The notes beneath the pieces are model-generated. The model was not told where the DNA came from, did not search any database, and was given only the letters and a program-made list of their open reading frames with translations. This document shows, one piece after another, positions 1 through 13,969 of a DNA stretch of 64,000 nt (within the stretch, counting starts at the first letter, position 1; each line of letters begins with the position of its first letter). The DNA is from Isurus oxyrinchus (taxonomy: Eukaryota), in assembly GCA_026770705.1 (NCBI GenBank), contig JANJGN010000034.1, positions 4,836,001-4,900,000 on the forward strand, given 5' to 3'. The translations under genes were made by a program, and so were the position numbers.

Positions 1-398
1 TATGCATGAAAATAATTTAGTGCACACGCAGCAAACGGGTCTGCTTAAAAAAAAAGTATCACACTGAGTATCAGCATTGCTATAAACTTTATTTCCACCT
101 TTGAGCAAAGTTTTTGAAACAGACGTGCCAATGTCAACTGAAATGATCGGACAGATATCATCTTAAACTATTAACACAAACATGCTCGCAGAAATAAAAC
201 ATTTCCATATTTCAATGCAATTGATACATTATAATTTGCCCGTTGATATGTGAATAGGTCTACCCACTCCATTTAGAAGGCCATCAGATTACAATCCCTA
301 TTGGACTTTTTCTTCTGAATGCAATCATTATACTAGAGTGCGAAAGTCAGTTTTCTGAGAAAAAATGTAACCTTGTTGACTGTTTTTGTTCTTTTCAG

Positions 399-491
399 TC
401 AGCACAGCAGAAACAGGCTTCACCACATATTACAATTGTGTTCTTCACTGCTCTTGTCGTCCACACTGTTGATACTTTTAATGGCTGGCAG
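399..491 (+). other. Candidate 93-nt exon with hydrophobic reading
   Basis: tgtttttgttcttttcAG acceptor and CAG/gtttgc donor. Open in phase 0 (SAQQKQASPHITIVFFTALVVHTVDTFNGWQ) and phase 2 (QHSRNRLHHILQLCSSLLLSSTLLILLMAG); stop in phase 1. Confidence 0.3.
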
Positions 492-1899
492 GTTTGCCAA
501 GGTCACACCGTAAAAGGGATAGCTATAGAGATTAAACATCGATGAAATTGTCATAAATTGTAATGTGCAATCAGTGTTAACATTCCACTCCTGCTAAAAA
601 TAGTGCAATGTTGCCAAAGTTAGCCTATTCACTGCATTGCTCAGATATGACCCGAATAACCACAAGAAGCGCTAGGTTCTGTGGAATCAATGAAATATTT
701 CTGGCACCACATTTCGATTCCTGACACACATAACGTTTCTTAGTTGCCTCAACGTCCACCTTGTGCCTTATATGTGTGCAATGGGGAGATGAAAAAAAAT
801 TTTGGGCAAACTAAAACTGGAATATAAAACAACTTTAATTTGATCTGCTAGTCGGGGATCGAAGTGCATTACAGGGAAATATATGTCACGACGATTTAAA
901 ACACGAATTATAAATGCATATACACATGCCACATATTCCTTCAAAGAATCTCAGATATTTACTGAATAGCAATTGGCTGGTTTCTTCCACTTCGAGTGTG
1001 TGCTGCTTCCCTGGAGGAGCAATTCAGAAACAGTTACTCCTTCGAAATATCAGAGTATAAATGACAAAATTAACATTACCGATCTGATCAAAAATAACTA
1101 AATTATAAACAAAGCTGAATACATAGTTCTGACCCCCAGTTTGCAACTATGATAGAGGGGCAAGGACATCGTGAAGAAATAGTCTTCAATGTGATACCAG
1201 TACTGGCAGGCGTTGCAGTTTTAAGAATTTTCAAATTGTTATTTGCCAATCAAATATAAACCTTTTTCCAGTGGGGCAGAATTAGCCACCTCTGATATAA
1301 TTTATTCAAAACGAAACGCAATGATATTTTCCAAAGTATCATTTTTATCCAGTGAGATATTAGACAGGAATTTCCATACAAGGTGTAATATTTAAGTTAA
1401 ATTTGTCAATGGTCTTAATTTATTAGTTATCATAAAGGCATTTTATAAAAATAAAAGGATTGCGTGGTGTTAGTGTAATCAAGTTTGGTTTAAAAAGATG
1501 AAAAGGAGAGTGTGGAGAAAAGCATAGTTCAGGGAAGAAAATTGACTTGAGTTGTGTTGAATTATACGTTGTACCAATGAATTATAATTATTGACTTTTT
1601 TAGGCATTAACTCTAACATTCTAGACGCTTGACCGACTGTATTCCAACCTCCCCCAGACCGTTCATAACCCCCTTATAGGTCTCAAAATTAATTGGCTCA
1701 TTTAAAATTCACTGCCCTCTGATTGAGGAGGTTGTAAATTTAGTCCGAAGCAATTGTATCTGATAGCATACCGATTGCATTTCCGAGACAGCACTTCAGT
1801 GCCGACCATGCAAAGGCTGAAAAAAATATATAATGAAGTAACATGAACACTAGTTCGATGAAAAAACCACCCCTGAGTTGCATAATTCTGGAGTCTGAT

Positions 1900-2250
1900 G
1901 AAGGGAAAAATCATTAGCATCGAGAGAATACGTGCCATTCTGTTCAGATTCAGAGGTACAGGCAGTTTACAAATAACGGTTCACCCATTTTTGGTGGATA
2001 GGCAGGGCATGAAACATTGGAGCTCCATGCCCAGAGAGTGATGGTAGCAGGTTCATATATATGTTTTTTATTTTCCATGCGGCAGTGATACCTAAATTCT
2101 TGGCAAACAGGGCAGGCAAAGTTAACTTGGAAAGGCGGATCGTGGATTTGCGGCCGGAACCTGATCAGCCATTAACTGATTGATTGGCGGAGCACCTTCT
2201 ATGCACTGAATGGTCGATTCCTGTTCTTAATCCGCATGTTGGCATGTTAG
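1900..2250 (+). mobile_element. CR1 LINE 3' end fragment, decayed
   Basis: Tail gatcagccattaactgattgattggcggagcacc...gaatggtcgattcctgttcttaatccgcatgtt matches the CR1 3' tail seen in other copies in this window. Confidence 0.7.
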
Positions 2251-3112
2251 GAGATCACAAAGGGGCCCGTGTGAAGTAGCAGGAGGCAGAGAGACCTGAC
2301 AGTAGCAGGGAGGATCGTTAAATCAGCTTGGGAGAAATGCAGACATCCATCAATGTTTTTGAAAACTGTTGGCATAACAAAGCAGTTAGGTCATTGGTAA
2401 AAGAATTTGAGGTTAGTTTATTGCATTGACTAAACTCTGGAAAATGGTTAAAATGTTTCCTGAAAATACAAACTGAGACATTGAATTAATAGCTCAGCTT
2501 AATGCATGACATTTCAATCAGGGTAGATATGAACGGCAGTGATTTAGTTAGATTGTTAGCACTGAACATATCTGGAGGCAAAACATAAAAACAAACGTTA
2601 ACACAAGATAGGAAATGAATTTTAAAATTGAGATCGGGCTCCTTTTTAGAGATAGAAGATGGGCTGCAATGACCTGCTGTTTGGAATTAGAATCTTGTAA
2701 GGAAACTTCTGGACTCGTGCTGTCTCTTGGGGGACCAATTGTGTAGAGAGTGCCTCCACTTGCTTAAGTTACATTTCAAGGTGTCCAAACTTGTGTTAGA
2801 GCTGAAGTCACGACTGAGGATCGGAGTCAAATTGAGGGTGCTGGGTGTAGATTTCAGAAAGTTGCCTCCACAAAGGCGCAGGCTGTTCAGGGCATTATGT
2901 GAGCCAGAATAAAATTTAAAAAAAACAGGAAATTGCACTACAAACTGGATTATCCTGAGTTTTTGTCACGCTCCAGCAGCTCTGAGTTTAAGATGCGAAT
3001 TGGAGGGAATATACCTTGAATCAGTACATATAGCCCACCACACCTAGATTCTTGAGACAATAGGGGATGGAACAGCGAATGCAGATCTGCACACGTTGTA
3101 AGAAGGAACTTC

Positions 3113-3180
3113 TGTGAGTGTGTATATCTGTGTGTATGCACGTGTGTGTGTGTGTCTGTGCACGTGTGTGTGCAAGTGCA
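3113..3180. repeat. Imperfect (TG)n microsatellite
   Basis: tgtgagtgtgtatatctgtgtgtatgcacgtgtgtgtgtgtgtctgtgcacgtgtgtgtg. Confidence 0.85.
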
Positions 3181-3759
3181 TTCGAATGTTGTGGGCGTTG
3201 GGTGTTGCTGAGGTGGTGCAGTGATGTTGCCTCATTTATATTTCTGTAAAAAACGTTGTATCCCGCATGTGGTGTTGATTCCCAACTGCCAGGTTAATGA
3301 TGTATCACAGAGAGTGCTGACAATATTTGCCATGGCTAAGACGTGAGCCTGGCTTTGGGGTACATTAAGCACGAGAACAGAAAATCGGAAGAGGTGCAAT
3401 GATATGATAATATTTCTGCAAACGTTATTGAATGTAAGGCTTGGAATGTTATGACATTCGGTCACCATCATTCTGATGTACCACAAGGATTTGAACTAGA
3501 AACATAAGCGGGATCTATTAATTGGTTTAACAAAAGAGTTGTTGTGAGGCCTTTGCATTCCTAGTACATCCGACTTAATCTGGTACCAAGGGTCACCTAA
3601 ACAAAAGGATGCATTGCACGGAAATGAATGGGATGAACGCACTCGTTATGTGATTCACTCCAGTATTGGAAAAAGTTTTAATCAAATTGATATGGCGAAT
3701 AAAAAATGGAGAACCATGTGAAATAGGAAGATCATGTATCATGTATTAATAGTCCTGAG

Positions 3760-4350
3760 TAGTAAATGAGGATTTATTAGTGCCAGAAGAGGCATTAGCT
3801 GTCTAAGAAGCATCAAAGCATTTACAAGGTAAGTTTTGAATTTCTGGAAACATGCCGTTGGGGCTTATTTAGCAAAGCTTAATTAACCTGGGGCTGCAAG
3901 GAAAAGAGGCACTGAGCACAAAATAAGGAAAGTTATTAAGAACCTGTACACTATGCAAAAATGCAACTATACCATTCCATCCTGCTTTCGTTACAAAAGT
4001 GTCGGAAATGTGTGAGAGCCCTTGGAAGGTCGAATACAAGATTTGCAACAATTGTTCCACGGATGAAACATTTCAGATACATATTTATGCTGGGTAAGAT
4101 GGGATGGTGCTCATTTTACTCGGGAACAATGGGCACCCATAAGATGTAGTAAAAGAAGATTATAACAGGATTACCTAGTAAGTCAACTACAATATTTTCC
4201 ATTGTACAGAAGATGTGGCCGCATATTTATTATTTTAGTCTATGAAAGTAAGGTGGGTCTCACCATGACTGTATAATTTACAAAGCGAGTGATAATTATT
4301 TTGAATTCGCTTATGGGGAGGCAGAAATGAGATGATATATGATGTTTAAA
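3760..4350 (+). mobile_element. Highly decayed CR1 ORF2 3' fragment
   Basis: gagagcccttggaaggtcgaatacaagatttgcaacaattgttccacggatgaaacatttcag resembles the CR1 ALERVQRRFTRMIPG region. Confidence 0.5.
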
Positions 4351-4764
4351 AAAAATCTGGTGGCCCCTTAATATCAATATCCTTCCAGGGCGAAGGTGAT
4401 AAAACAACGAAAATATGAGGATTGGATTATTCCACAAGAGTATCTACTCGATTGACTTGAAGTAACTTCTGTGTGGTGGAGACAAAGTTCCATCTTGACA
4501 CTGAGGGTGCCCTCCTTCGTCGTTAGTGGCACTAAAACAGCGCTAAGTTGGATAAATAATCAACAGATCCAGCAACTGATTCCTCAGAAAACATGTTGGC
4601 GCTGTGGGCCAACAGCAGCAGTAGAATTGCTCTCATCCACAATCTGTGCACTTATGGCTCAGCAAATGCTCCATTTTCCCAAGCCACAGGATGAAATATG
4701 TTTCAATGAAGACTTAAGGAGAGCACAAAAGGAAAGTGGTTGTGCTGGTTGGTAGTCAGCGCAA

Positions 4765-5272
4765 CAAAAAATGTAATTGCACTGGACAGGGTGCAGAGAA
4801 TATTCACCAGGATGTTGCATTGGCTGAAGAATTTCAGCTATGAAGAGAGGCTGGATTGGCTAGGTTTGTTTTCCTTTAAGCAATGAAGCCTGGAGGGGTC
4901 ATGATAGAGGTATACAAAATTATGTGAGACAGAGATACGGTACATAGGAATAAACAATTGCCCTTAGCAGAAGTGTTAATAACCTGGGAGCAGAGAATTA
5001 AGTTAACTAGTAGGAAGGTGAGAGGGAAATGAAAATATTCTTTTCAGCCAGAGAGTGGTTGGAAGGTGGAACACCCTGCCCGAAGGGGTAATAGAGGCAG
5101 GCGCACTCACCCCATTTCAGAACTATTTCAATGACCAATTTGAACACCATCGTATATAGGGCTACGGGACAATTGCTGTGAAATGGCTTAGAATAGTTAT
5201 GACCTTGAAGGTCGGCTGGGAAACGGTGGACCAAAGGGCATGTTTCTGTGCTGTATAACTTTATGACACTAT
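4765..5272 (+). mobile_element. CR1 LINE 3' fragment
   Basis: gtaattgcactggacagggtgcagagaatattcaccaggatgttg encodes VIALDRVQRIFTRML; ends gggcatgtttctgtgctgtataactttatgacactatg. Confidence 0.85.
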
Positions 5273-5479
5273 GTTAAGGTGCAAGTAAAGCTTGCGCTTT
5301 GCAAATACCAGACAATGACTTTCTCCAATATGGGAGAATCTCAGCATCACCCCTAGACAATCAATAACATTACCTGTGCTGAATGCCGCATGATCAACGT
5401 TCTGCGGGCGTACTCTGACCTGAAATTGAACCGCACTGGTAATATAAGTGTTTTGGCTATAAGTGCATGCCAAACGCTA

Positions 5480-6040
5480 GGATTCCTGTGACGAGTAAAT
5501 GAGCTGCTTAATCTCTAAAGCTTGTCCAGACTCTACAATTCGTGGGACAGGAGAACAACAGAATTTTCTCCACTTGCTCGAACAAATGCAGCTCCAACAA
5601 CACTCAAGAAGCTCAGCACCATCCAGGAAAAGCAGTCTGCTAAATTAGCACCCCGTTCACAGGCAGCCACTCGCTTCAAAACTGAAGCACAGTGGCGAAG
5701 ATGGACTTCAGAAACTCTCCAAACCTCCTTTGAAAGCACATTCCAAAAACCATGACCAATGGAATCAAGGAGGACAAGGACATGAAACACATGGGAGCAC
5801 GACCACACGGAAACTCCCCTCCTAGTCAGTCGCCACCCTGACCTGAAAAAATGTTGCCTTTCATTCTCTGTCGCTGTGTCAACATCCTCGATATCTCGCC
5901 TTTACTCCTGTTTGTGTGTAACAACACTTCATGAACTGCAGCCGTTCAATAGGTAGATCATCACCAATTTTCCTGGGCACATAGTGATCGCAAGTCAATG
6001 TTGGCCTAGCTAGCGATATTCACATCTCATCATGAATAAA
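5480..6040 (+). mobile_element. 3' fragment of a second LINE family (CR1/L2 group)
   Basis: gcagctccaacaacactcaagaagctcagcaccatccaggaaaagcag (AAPTTLKKLSTIQEK) and tail caatgttggcctagctagcgatattcacatctcatcatgaataaa; related copies near 48590-48850, 53350-54400 and on the - strand. Confidence 0.75.
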
Positions 6041-8069
6041 ATGAAGGCTTCATTGCACACTTAATCTCTGACGCTTAAATTCGTCCCCTTTCACTACTGG
6101 CACCAAAGAGGGTTGTCTTCGACCGACATCACACACTTCTGATTCAAATGAGTTATCCCGAACAGTCAGCCATGGCAGCCATGCTTTTAAATTAACCAGT
6201 ACCATGTGTCAGACGTTGCGCAACGTGCAACAGCACACATAATACTTACAAAATTTGATTTTAGAATACATGAACGGAGTTGAGGGTAAATAGCTGTACG
6301 CCTTTTGCACTATCATCAATTCAGCCATTCAGTGAAATCATACACTGATTGTAAACTATTTCTATACACCAATTATTTCACGTTATCCCATCACTTTGCA
6401 GAATAAAATCAAAGTATGATTCAATCACAGGTCTAAAAGTTACTCCTGTTTGGCCAACAGGTGTATCTCAACAAATCGGGCTCAATAAACCTAACACAGA
6501 TGTTGTGAATGATTTGCGGTTGTTTTATTTTCTCTCTCTATTTTTACTCAGCAGAATCATGGTTCCATTGTGTTTCCTTAAGTTTTTTGAGTCATTTTTA
6601 AGTGAATCAATGCGGACCCATTACAGTATGTACAGGGTGCCTCATCCATCTCCGGGCTGCTGGGCGCCACACGAAAAAAAATCCCGAACTTATTGGAACT
6701 GAGCCCACCACGGTAATACTTCGCTCCTTTATGTTGCGTGCACTTGTCTAAATTCACTTCAATTGCTTCTAAGATGCATACATCACGACTCCATCTGAGA
6801 ATCAATACCCAATACACTAATTCCTCTTCCTTTTTTTTCCAGCTTTGGGCTGTTGTGCAAATTCAGAAACTTCACTCCCTCAGACCCCAGGCACCAACTT
6901 CAAACTAATTAAATGAAAGAAGTGTTTCTCATGAGGACATTGATTCCAAAAACAGCGAAGCCAGAATTATAAAAATAAATAACTTAAGATTAAGGCACGA
7001 TAAATCAACGTATCAATGCTTGTTATTCTCTCTTTTTACTTAACTCACTTTTAACAGCGAACTGTTTTCTTACTTCCATGCCTGGAACTATACAAAATTG
7101 TGTTTAACATTATTCTTGATTAAAGCCAAACTCAATGCCTGGGAATGGTGATGTTCAAAAGCTGCGTACGTCAATAAATCATATAGACTCAGTGATCTAA
7201 TTTGGCTGAGATTTCCTATGCTGAGATTTTGAAGGAACTTTGCAATTATTTCTTCCAGACAACACTTTCCTCAGAGCTCCGAATTCCCTTTAAGTATTTA
7301 TCAATTATCGTCTAAATCATATCACTAAATAGTGAAATCTAGATCAAAAATGTGTGTGCCCATAAGAATGATGCAGAGAATCATCCAGCTGAAAACGAAC
7401 TCATTCAAACGTATACAGTTGTTCTGGGTTGTTTTGTTTTGGAAACTCATTCCAACCGGTCCGACACCATGGGGTTTCCTCTAAAACTGGCATTTTCCAA
7501 TTCAAGTCCTTTTTTTCTAACTAACGATTGAATTGAGTCCAACCAACGATTTCAGCTGTCCAGGGCTCCATTTTCGCCCCACAATGCCATAAACGGATGA
7601 TCGGTTTGCTTTCATTCCAATCGCCTTCTTCCGATTGAAACAAAGCCATAAATACTTATGTTATAAACATAAAATCTGCAGCAATTCACATGGCGGTCCC
7701 GCTTCTTTTCATACTTCTTACAACACGAGAAGTGACCAAGGTCGACCCTTAAATTGAGTGGGGACAGGGCAACTAGTCTGACAAAGGGAATTTACTCAAT
7801 GTGAAAATAATGGTCATAGGGTGGAGTTTTGAACCTACACATTGCATCCCTGACGCCAGGGTTTATTTTCAATGGAATGCGCGTTCAGGGCACGCTTTAA
7901 CAGGCCAGTATTCAACCTGTAATTTTGTTCAGCATCATTCTGATTATCGACAAAGTGGATAAAAAAAGTCTGTGATTGATTGGAAGAGGAATATCCAATG
8001 ATATGGAAGTGACATGACAAAGTAAAACACAAGATAATTGCTTCTGCCCAGGGCTTACAACGCCACTAG

Positions 8070-9230
8070 AAATGAACATAGATACGAACATATGAACGTA
8101 CAAATTAGGCGCAGGAGTAGGCCAGTCGGCCTATCCAACCTGCTCCACCATTTGATGAGATTATGGGTGATCTGACTGTAACCTAAACCCCAATTTCCTA
8201 TATGCCCCCAGGACCTTACTACACCTTAATAATCAGTAATCTATCAAGCTCTGCCTTAAATATATTCAAAATAAACACTTTCGCCGCTTTTTAAGGAAGA
8301 GATTGAAAGGATCACTGCCCTTGGAGAGAGAAAAAACATCCGCATATCTGTCCCAAATTGGCACCCATTATTTTTGAACAGTGATTCCTATTTCTATAAT
8401 CTCCCACAATAAGAAACATTCTCTACACATCCACCCTGACAATACCATTCAGCATCTTAAATGTTTCAAACATGTCGACTCTTACTCTTCTAAATCCCAG
8501 TGGATACACACCTAAACTGTCCAATTTATTTTCCATTAAGGAAACACGCCCAAACTGGTGTTGGGCTAGCATACGTTCTCTGAACTTCTTCGAATTCATT
8601 TAAATGTATTCCTTAAATAAGGAATCCAGTACTGGAAACAATACCCCAGGTGTGTTATCTACGCTGCCCTGTGCAGGTAAAACATAATAACCCTGCTTTT
8701 GTAATCAATGTACCTCACAATTAATTGCAGCGTCCTTCTAGCTTTCCTAATTACTCGTTATGCCCGCATACTAGCCTTTTGTGATTAATGCACTAGCACA
8801 CCCTGTATTCTAGAACTCTGCAATCTATCATCATTTAGATAATAAGCTTCATATTATCATTCCCGCCAAAATTGACAATTGCACGCTTGTTCATGTTGTA
8901 GACCATTTGCCAGACTTTTGTTCACTCACTTATTAAATGTCAGTCTGCAGTCTACTATTGTCCCCTTCACTAATTAATGTCCTACCTACCTTTGCGTGAA
9001 CAGAAAGTTTATGGAACATTCCATCGGCCCGTTCATCCAAGTGATGAATATAAATTGTACGAATCTGAGGCACCAGCATCGTTTTATGTAGCAAACCACT
9101 TGTCACATGAAACCAAACAGGAAAATGTCAAATTAAGCAAAATCTCTGCATCCCGTTAGTTAGGCAATTTTATATCAATGTCGATATGTTGCCTTTTACA
9201 ACACGAGCTAACACGTGTTCTTCAATGAAA
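8070..9230 (-). mobile_element. CR1 LINE 3' ~1.1 kb fragment
   Basis: Starts with the reverse-complement CR1 tail (gaacatatgaacgtacaaattaggcgcaggagtaggccagtcggcc...acctgctccaccattt) and continues into ORF2. Confidence 0.8.
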
Positions 9231-9349
9231 ACAAAAATAAAGTGTAGCAACCATAATCCTGCAACTCAGTACAGCATGTCCGGCTGGCCTCGAGAGCTAT
9301 CTATTTGTGGATACCCTAATAATAGTAACAATGTTAATCATATTCCACG

Positions 9350-9392
9350 TTATTATTATTTTATTAGTACTATTATTATTAGATTATCATTA
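9350..9392. repeat. (TTA)n-like microsatellite
   Basis: ttattattattttattagtactattattattagattatcatta. Confidence 0.7.
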
Positions 9393-9679
9393 TGATGGAG
9401 CAAAGTATTAGCTTCGTGTCATTTTATATTTGTCATACAACCCCCTTTCTTCACGAATTTAACAACGTTGTCATTCTCTGACGGGCACAGCCAGTTGTCC
9501 GTTTTGAAAAAGAAAGTTAAAGGTAAAAGATCCAGGGAAGCATCTGACGATATTTTAAAGATTTATCTCAACTCCCCACATCCGTAATCCGTTGTTAATA
9601 CCTCATACAAATTGAGATATCACTGACTTTGCTGAGAGGTACCAAAGAAGCTTCCACCAACTTTGAGCAGCAAACAGAA

Positions 9680-9810
9680 ATATTTTGGAAGCTGAAAATC
9701 AGAAATAGAAGCAGAAAAATTGCTGGAGCAGCTCAGCAAGCTTGTCCATATCTGTGCAGGGAGAAACAGATTTAACACATTTAAATCCGTATGACTCGTC
9801 TTCAGAACAG
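9680..9810 (+). mobile_element. Penelope-like terminal repeat fragment
   Basis: gctgaaaatcagaaatagaagcagaaaaattgctggagcagctcagcaagc... homologous to 33765-33885, 44230-44295 and 62870-62940. Confidence 0.65.
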
Positions 9811-12299
9811 TTTGAACATTGTTGTAACTGCTTGACAGTTAGAAAAGCTAGCAGTTATCCCTAGTAGTTTCATTTCCAAATTACTGACAATGTTTTGCTT
9901 GGTTTTAACGTGAATTATAATTTTCATGGGAGACCAGTAAGAGCTCATCACATCGCTACTAAGTTATTCTACCAAAATGTTTTATATGTGGTATTGAGGG
10001 AAATTACAGAACGGCTGGAAATAGTGACATATGCAAGCGGTTTGTACATACGTGTGACCGGTGACTGGGGAAATTCTTTATGATTTAAATCTTGATTTCA
10101 ATTTAGAATTAACAACGTTGCACAGCATTAAACAGTGATATCCTTCCTCATTCATGCATCCATAGCACAGCTATCCCTCTACAAAGTGACACTTATCAAC
10201 TCCTCAGCAACGTTGTTTTGTTTGCAAAATATAACTATTTATTGTCGGATAAATTCAATATGATTTGCGATTTCCATCGATTTGCAACTAATATATTCAC
10301 ACTGTTGCCATTCATGGAACCTTTCAATTCTGTGGTCCAATGGAACAGGTCGCCACCGGGCGAGCAAGGGTATGCCAAGATATGCAGAACAGTGTTTGTG
10401 CTATTTTGAGATGTAACTATCCATCAAGGCTGCATCAGCATTCAGCTATCTAACTAATATAGATAATTCTCTTTTGAGAGTTGATATGTTTCATTCAGCC
10501 ATGTTATGCATTCTGGGCTTAATGCAGCTACTATCAATACCTTATTAATGCAATCGGGTATGCTATTGTAATAAATTCTCATATGCTTAAGAAATTCATA
10601 ACTATTCGAGGCTATTTGATTGATTAGCGTTATGTTTTTTTTTTCCATAGGCTCCATCGTCATGACAATTAAACAATAGGTTTGCCACCTTAATGACCTG
10701 CGACTGTTTGGAAGTTAGTTTTAATTACGTAACAGGGATGGGCAATGAATCTCGGCCCAGTCAGTGGAGTCCACATTCCAGAATGGAAAATAATAATAAC
10801 AATAATAATAATGTATTAATTATAATAATAAAATATCTGTACCGCATTTCACAACAGTCACATTTCTGGGCCTCAAGGTAATGATCACAAGCCCCATTAT
10901 ATAAATAAGTTATTTGTCTTGCTGAAGCGCTTGTAGGGTTTGACGATGTACTTTTCCTTGGATCGAGTGCAAATATTATTGTCACATGGGAGGGTGTGTT
11001 TAACAAGTGAAAATTGCTGCATTTCATCCAGAAACGATACCAGTCTATCCTCTGAATGCTCCATGATAATGGGATTCGCAAGCCTTCTAGTTTGAATTTG
11101 TTTTCTTTTTTATCCTGGCAATGTATTGATATTGGGTTGTTTCCTCAATTTTGTGGTAACAAAGAAAAAACAGTTTTTACGCTTATTGATCACTAAAGAC
11201 AATCATATACCACACATCGCAAATAAGAGGGGGCAAGTAAACATGTTAGACCCACTTATCTTCGAGTGGAAAACTATTTTGTTTGGAAGTAAACTCGTGG
11301 AGCTTCATTAAGAAGATGACACAGAATTAACTTAATTCGCAGAATAGTCTGGGGAGGTGGTGAGGAAATATATGATCTGTAAGCAGCGATTCAGTAACCA
11401 CAACAGCACACTGCTTGATATGGCGAATCAAATATATCGAATAGCTCAAATCAAAAGATTACTGAATACATAATTAAACATAATGGAGTGTCTAGAGTTT
11501 GGAGAATTGGAAAGAGTCGTTAAAGGCATGACATTGTGATAGACCTCCTTCAAATGTCAAGGTTACTGAGGTTCTATTCTCTTCTGGTCAAATGGACGGA
11601 ATATCCTTCCGAGAGTAGTGCAGGTGGCGGATATGATATAGCCCACTTTCCTCCCATGCCCAACTTGAAGTTGATGACATATGATGCCTTATGTTATATG
11701 ATGCCCCTGGACATAACTCATTGGAATTTCTCCTCAATATCGGGCATGATTCAGTGATTAAGTAACGCCATACAACTACCTGAGAAATCTAATTCAGTAA
11801 CAGAACTGCGCATCACCAGAACAAGTATTTCAATTTGTATTTCACAAAATTATATTCCGGTATCAGGTCAAGGTTTTTCCACAAATGAGAAAAATTCAGA
11901 CAGAATATATTGACGGCCACCTAGCTCTTTACATTATTACCAAAATGGAATACTGCACGTATTTGTTATCGAACAAAACAAATGTAGCGTGCTTGGGGCG
12001 GTTCGGAGTGCAAATTGAATATGGTTCTGTGGGGTGGTGAAGGGAACCTCGGCAGATTGGACAGTATAAGTGGAGAGGAAAAGAGTTCAAGATTCAAGTC
12101 TTCAACATCTTGCAGCAGAACATGATGAGAGTTTATGCTGATCTGAAGTATTAAGTGGCCAGAGATGCTATCATTCTAGTTGGCTTTACACAGTGAGCGG
12201 AAAGCACAGACTTTTAGAGTTTAGTTGAAAAAAATCCATTCCAGGTTTTTTTTTCAAACAATTGTCTTGTCGTGCAGGTATAGGTTTGGAGGAATACGG

Positions 12300-12635
12300 T
12301 GAATTCAGCACTTACTTCCTCCCTGCGGATAGGTCTGTGATCCATTTGAGGCCACGGGATTGGGTCTTTCCCTCGTCTGTCAAAGCACTAAGTCCGAAAG
12401 TCATTGGCAGCTTGGATAAGTGAGGTCATCGCATACCAGCACAGGAACTGTGATATTCAGATACCAGAGGCATGACACACTTCATTTCTGTTATTGCCAC
12501 AAGAACAAATTGTTGGAGGAAATCCTTAGTCCATTATTAAGTTTAAAAAAAAAAGTGAATCTGAATTACCCATCGAGAGGGATCGAATCGAAGCATTTGC
12601 ACGCAGGTCAGTGAACAATGCTCTGAGTTCAATAA
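12300..12635 (-). mobile_element. Decayed tRNA-derived SINE
   Basis: gggatcgaatcgaagcatttgcacgcaggtcagtgaacaatgctctgag resembles a reverse-complement tRNA-like head with B box. Confidence 0.4.
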
Positions 12636-13969
12636 TTCACATATGTTAAGGCAGCTAGCCACCAATGGTCGGTTTTAAGGACTTCTTTCGGTATAAATAA
12701 TTAATGGTATTTAACGTAAACGGCTAGTTTTTGATATTTTTGCCATTTCACACATGTGCTCACGAAGTTAGTGACAACAGATAACAAAAGTTTCCAAAAT
12801 GAGCTAATGATTTGAAAACATCTATTTCAGTCTGCTTAAAATCACATCACTGCATGATCATGTTTGACATGCAAAATGAATAGCTAAAATGGCTCTTCGC
12901 TAGGCCTTCATTGTTTGGAGCAAGATAAAACAATCTACACTGGGTGCAGGGAAAGACTAAGTGAAGAGCGATGGGTGCAGTTGGGTTGAGTTGCTGCATC
13001 TTCAGTGGATGTCATACATTCCTCAGAGTGAACTTGTATGAGGAGAGAAAAAAAAAGTTAATTTTATTAATTAAATTAAACAAGGTCCACAACTGAATAA
13101 AGGTTGGAAGCAAACACTCATCGGTCATCCAATTCGCCCCACAGTCTACCCTTATGATGGCAATGAAATGGAAGATCAAGCTAAGCCTACGTATGGGTTT
13201 TCCTCGACAAAAAAAAAGTCCTTAACTTCGACATTGAGGTGTTGCAGTTCACTGATTGCATGATCTTAAGTGGGGAACCAATTTGGGAATCAACAAGTGC
13301 AGTGGAGATTGAAAAGCTTGAGAATGAGCAAGAGTTTTCCTTGGCGAGGAGTGATAGGGGTGGGCGTCATAAGATGCCGCAAGGGACCAGAGTTAACCTG
13401 GACAAACTGCAAAAGCAAACAGAGCTTCAAATGACAAATACGAGAGTGACAGTGCACCTGTGTAAGGAACAACAGCAGCAGGGCGACTAAGCTGACGCAG
13501 AGAGCAAGAGGTCACCTTGGGAAGTAGCTAGAGCATAGCACCTTAAAAAGGCGACCCAGGGACGAAAGTTTCTTTCGGAAAACAGCGAAGACAGCGGGGG
13601 AAGAATAGGTGGCGGAGAGAGGGAGAATCCACCTCGCAAAAAAGAGAAAGCAGAGGGTCTGGTTGTTTCTACAATTGCTGCTGACTGTCAGAAACGACGT
13701 TCTGTAAGAAAAGAAATGATTTGACAGCACACGGTAGCAGATATGTGATTGGCGAATATGCTTTGTTTATTTATTGTTCAACTTTTGGAACAGTTAATTC
13801 ACTGGTACTTGAAAAAAACACTATTAGAGATAATAGTTTTGGAAATTGTATCGATTATGGGAGAAGTAGGATTAGTTAATCATTAAACAATTACGAAAAA
13901 CATTAAATTAACACAAAATGTTGCTGACAGTGCAGCTGACCATTTGCAAGTTCAAAATGTAGCTGCCAG

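Noticed and set aside
7259-7294. 36-nt phase-1 candidate (xNTFPQSSEFPL)
   Set aside because: Very weak donor (TAA/gtattt) and no match to the A/B pattern
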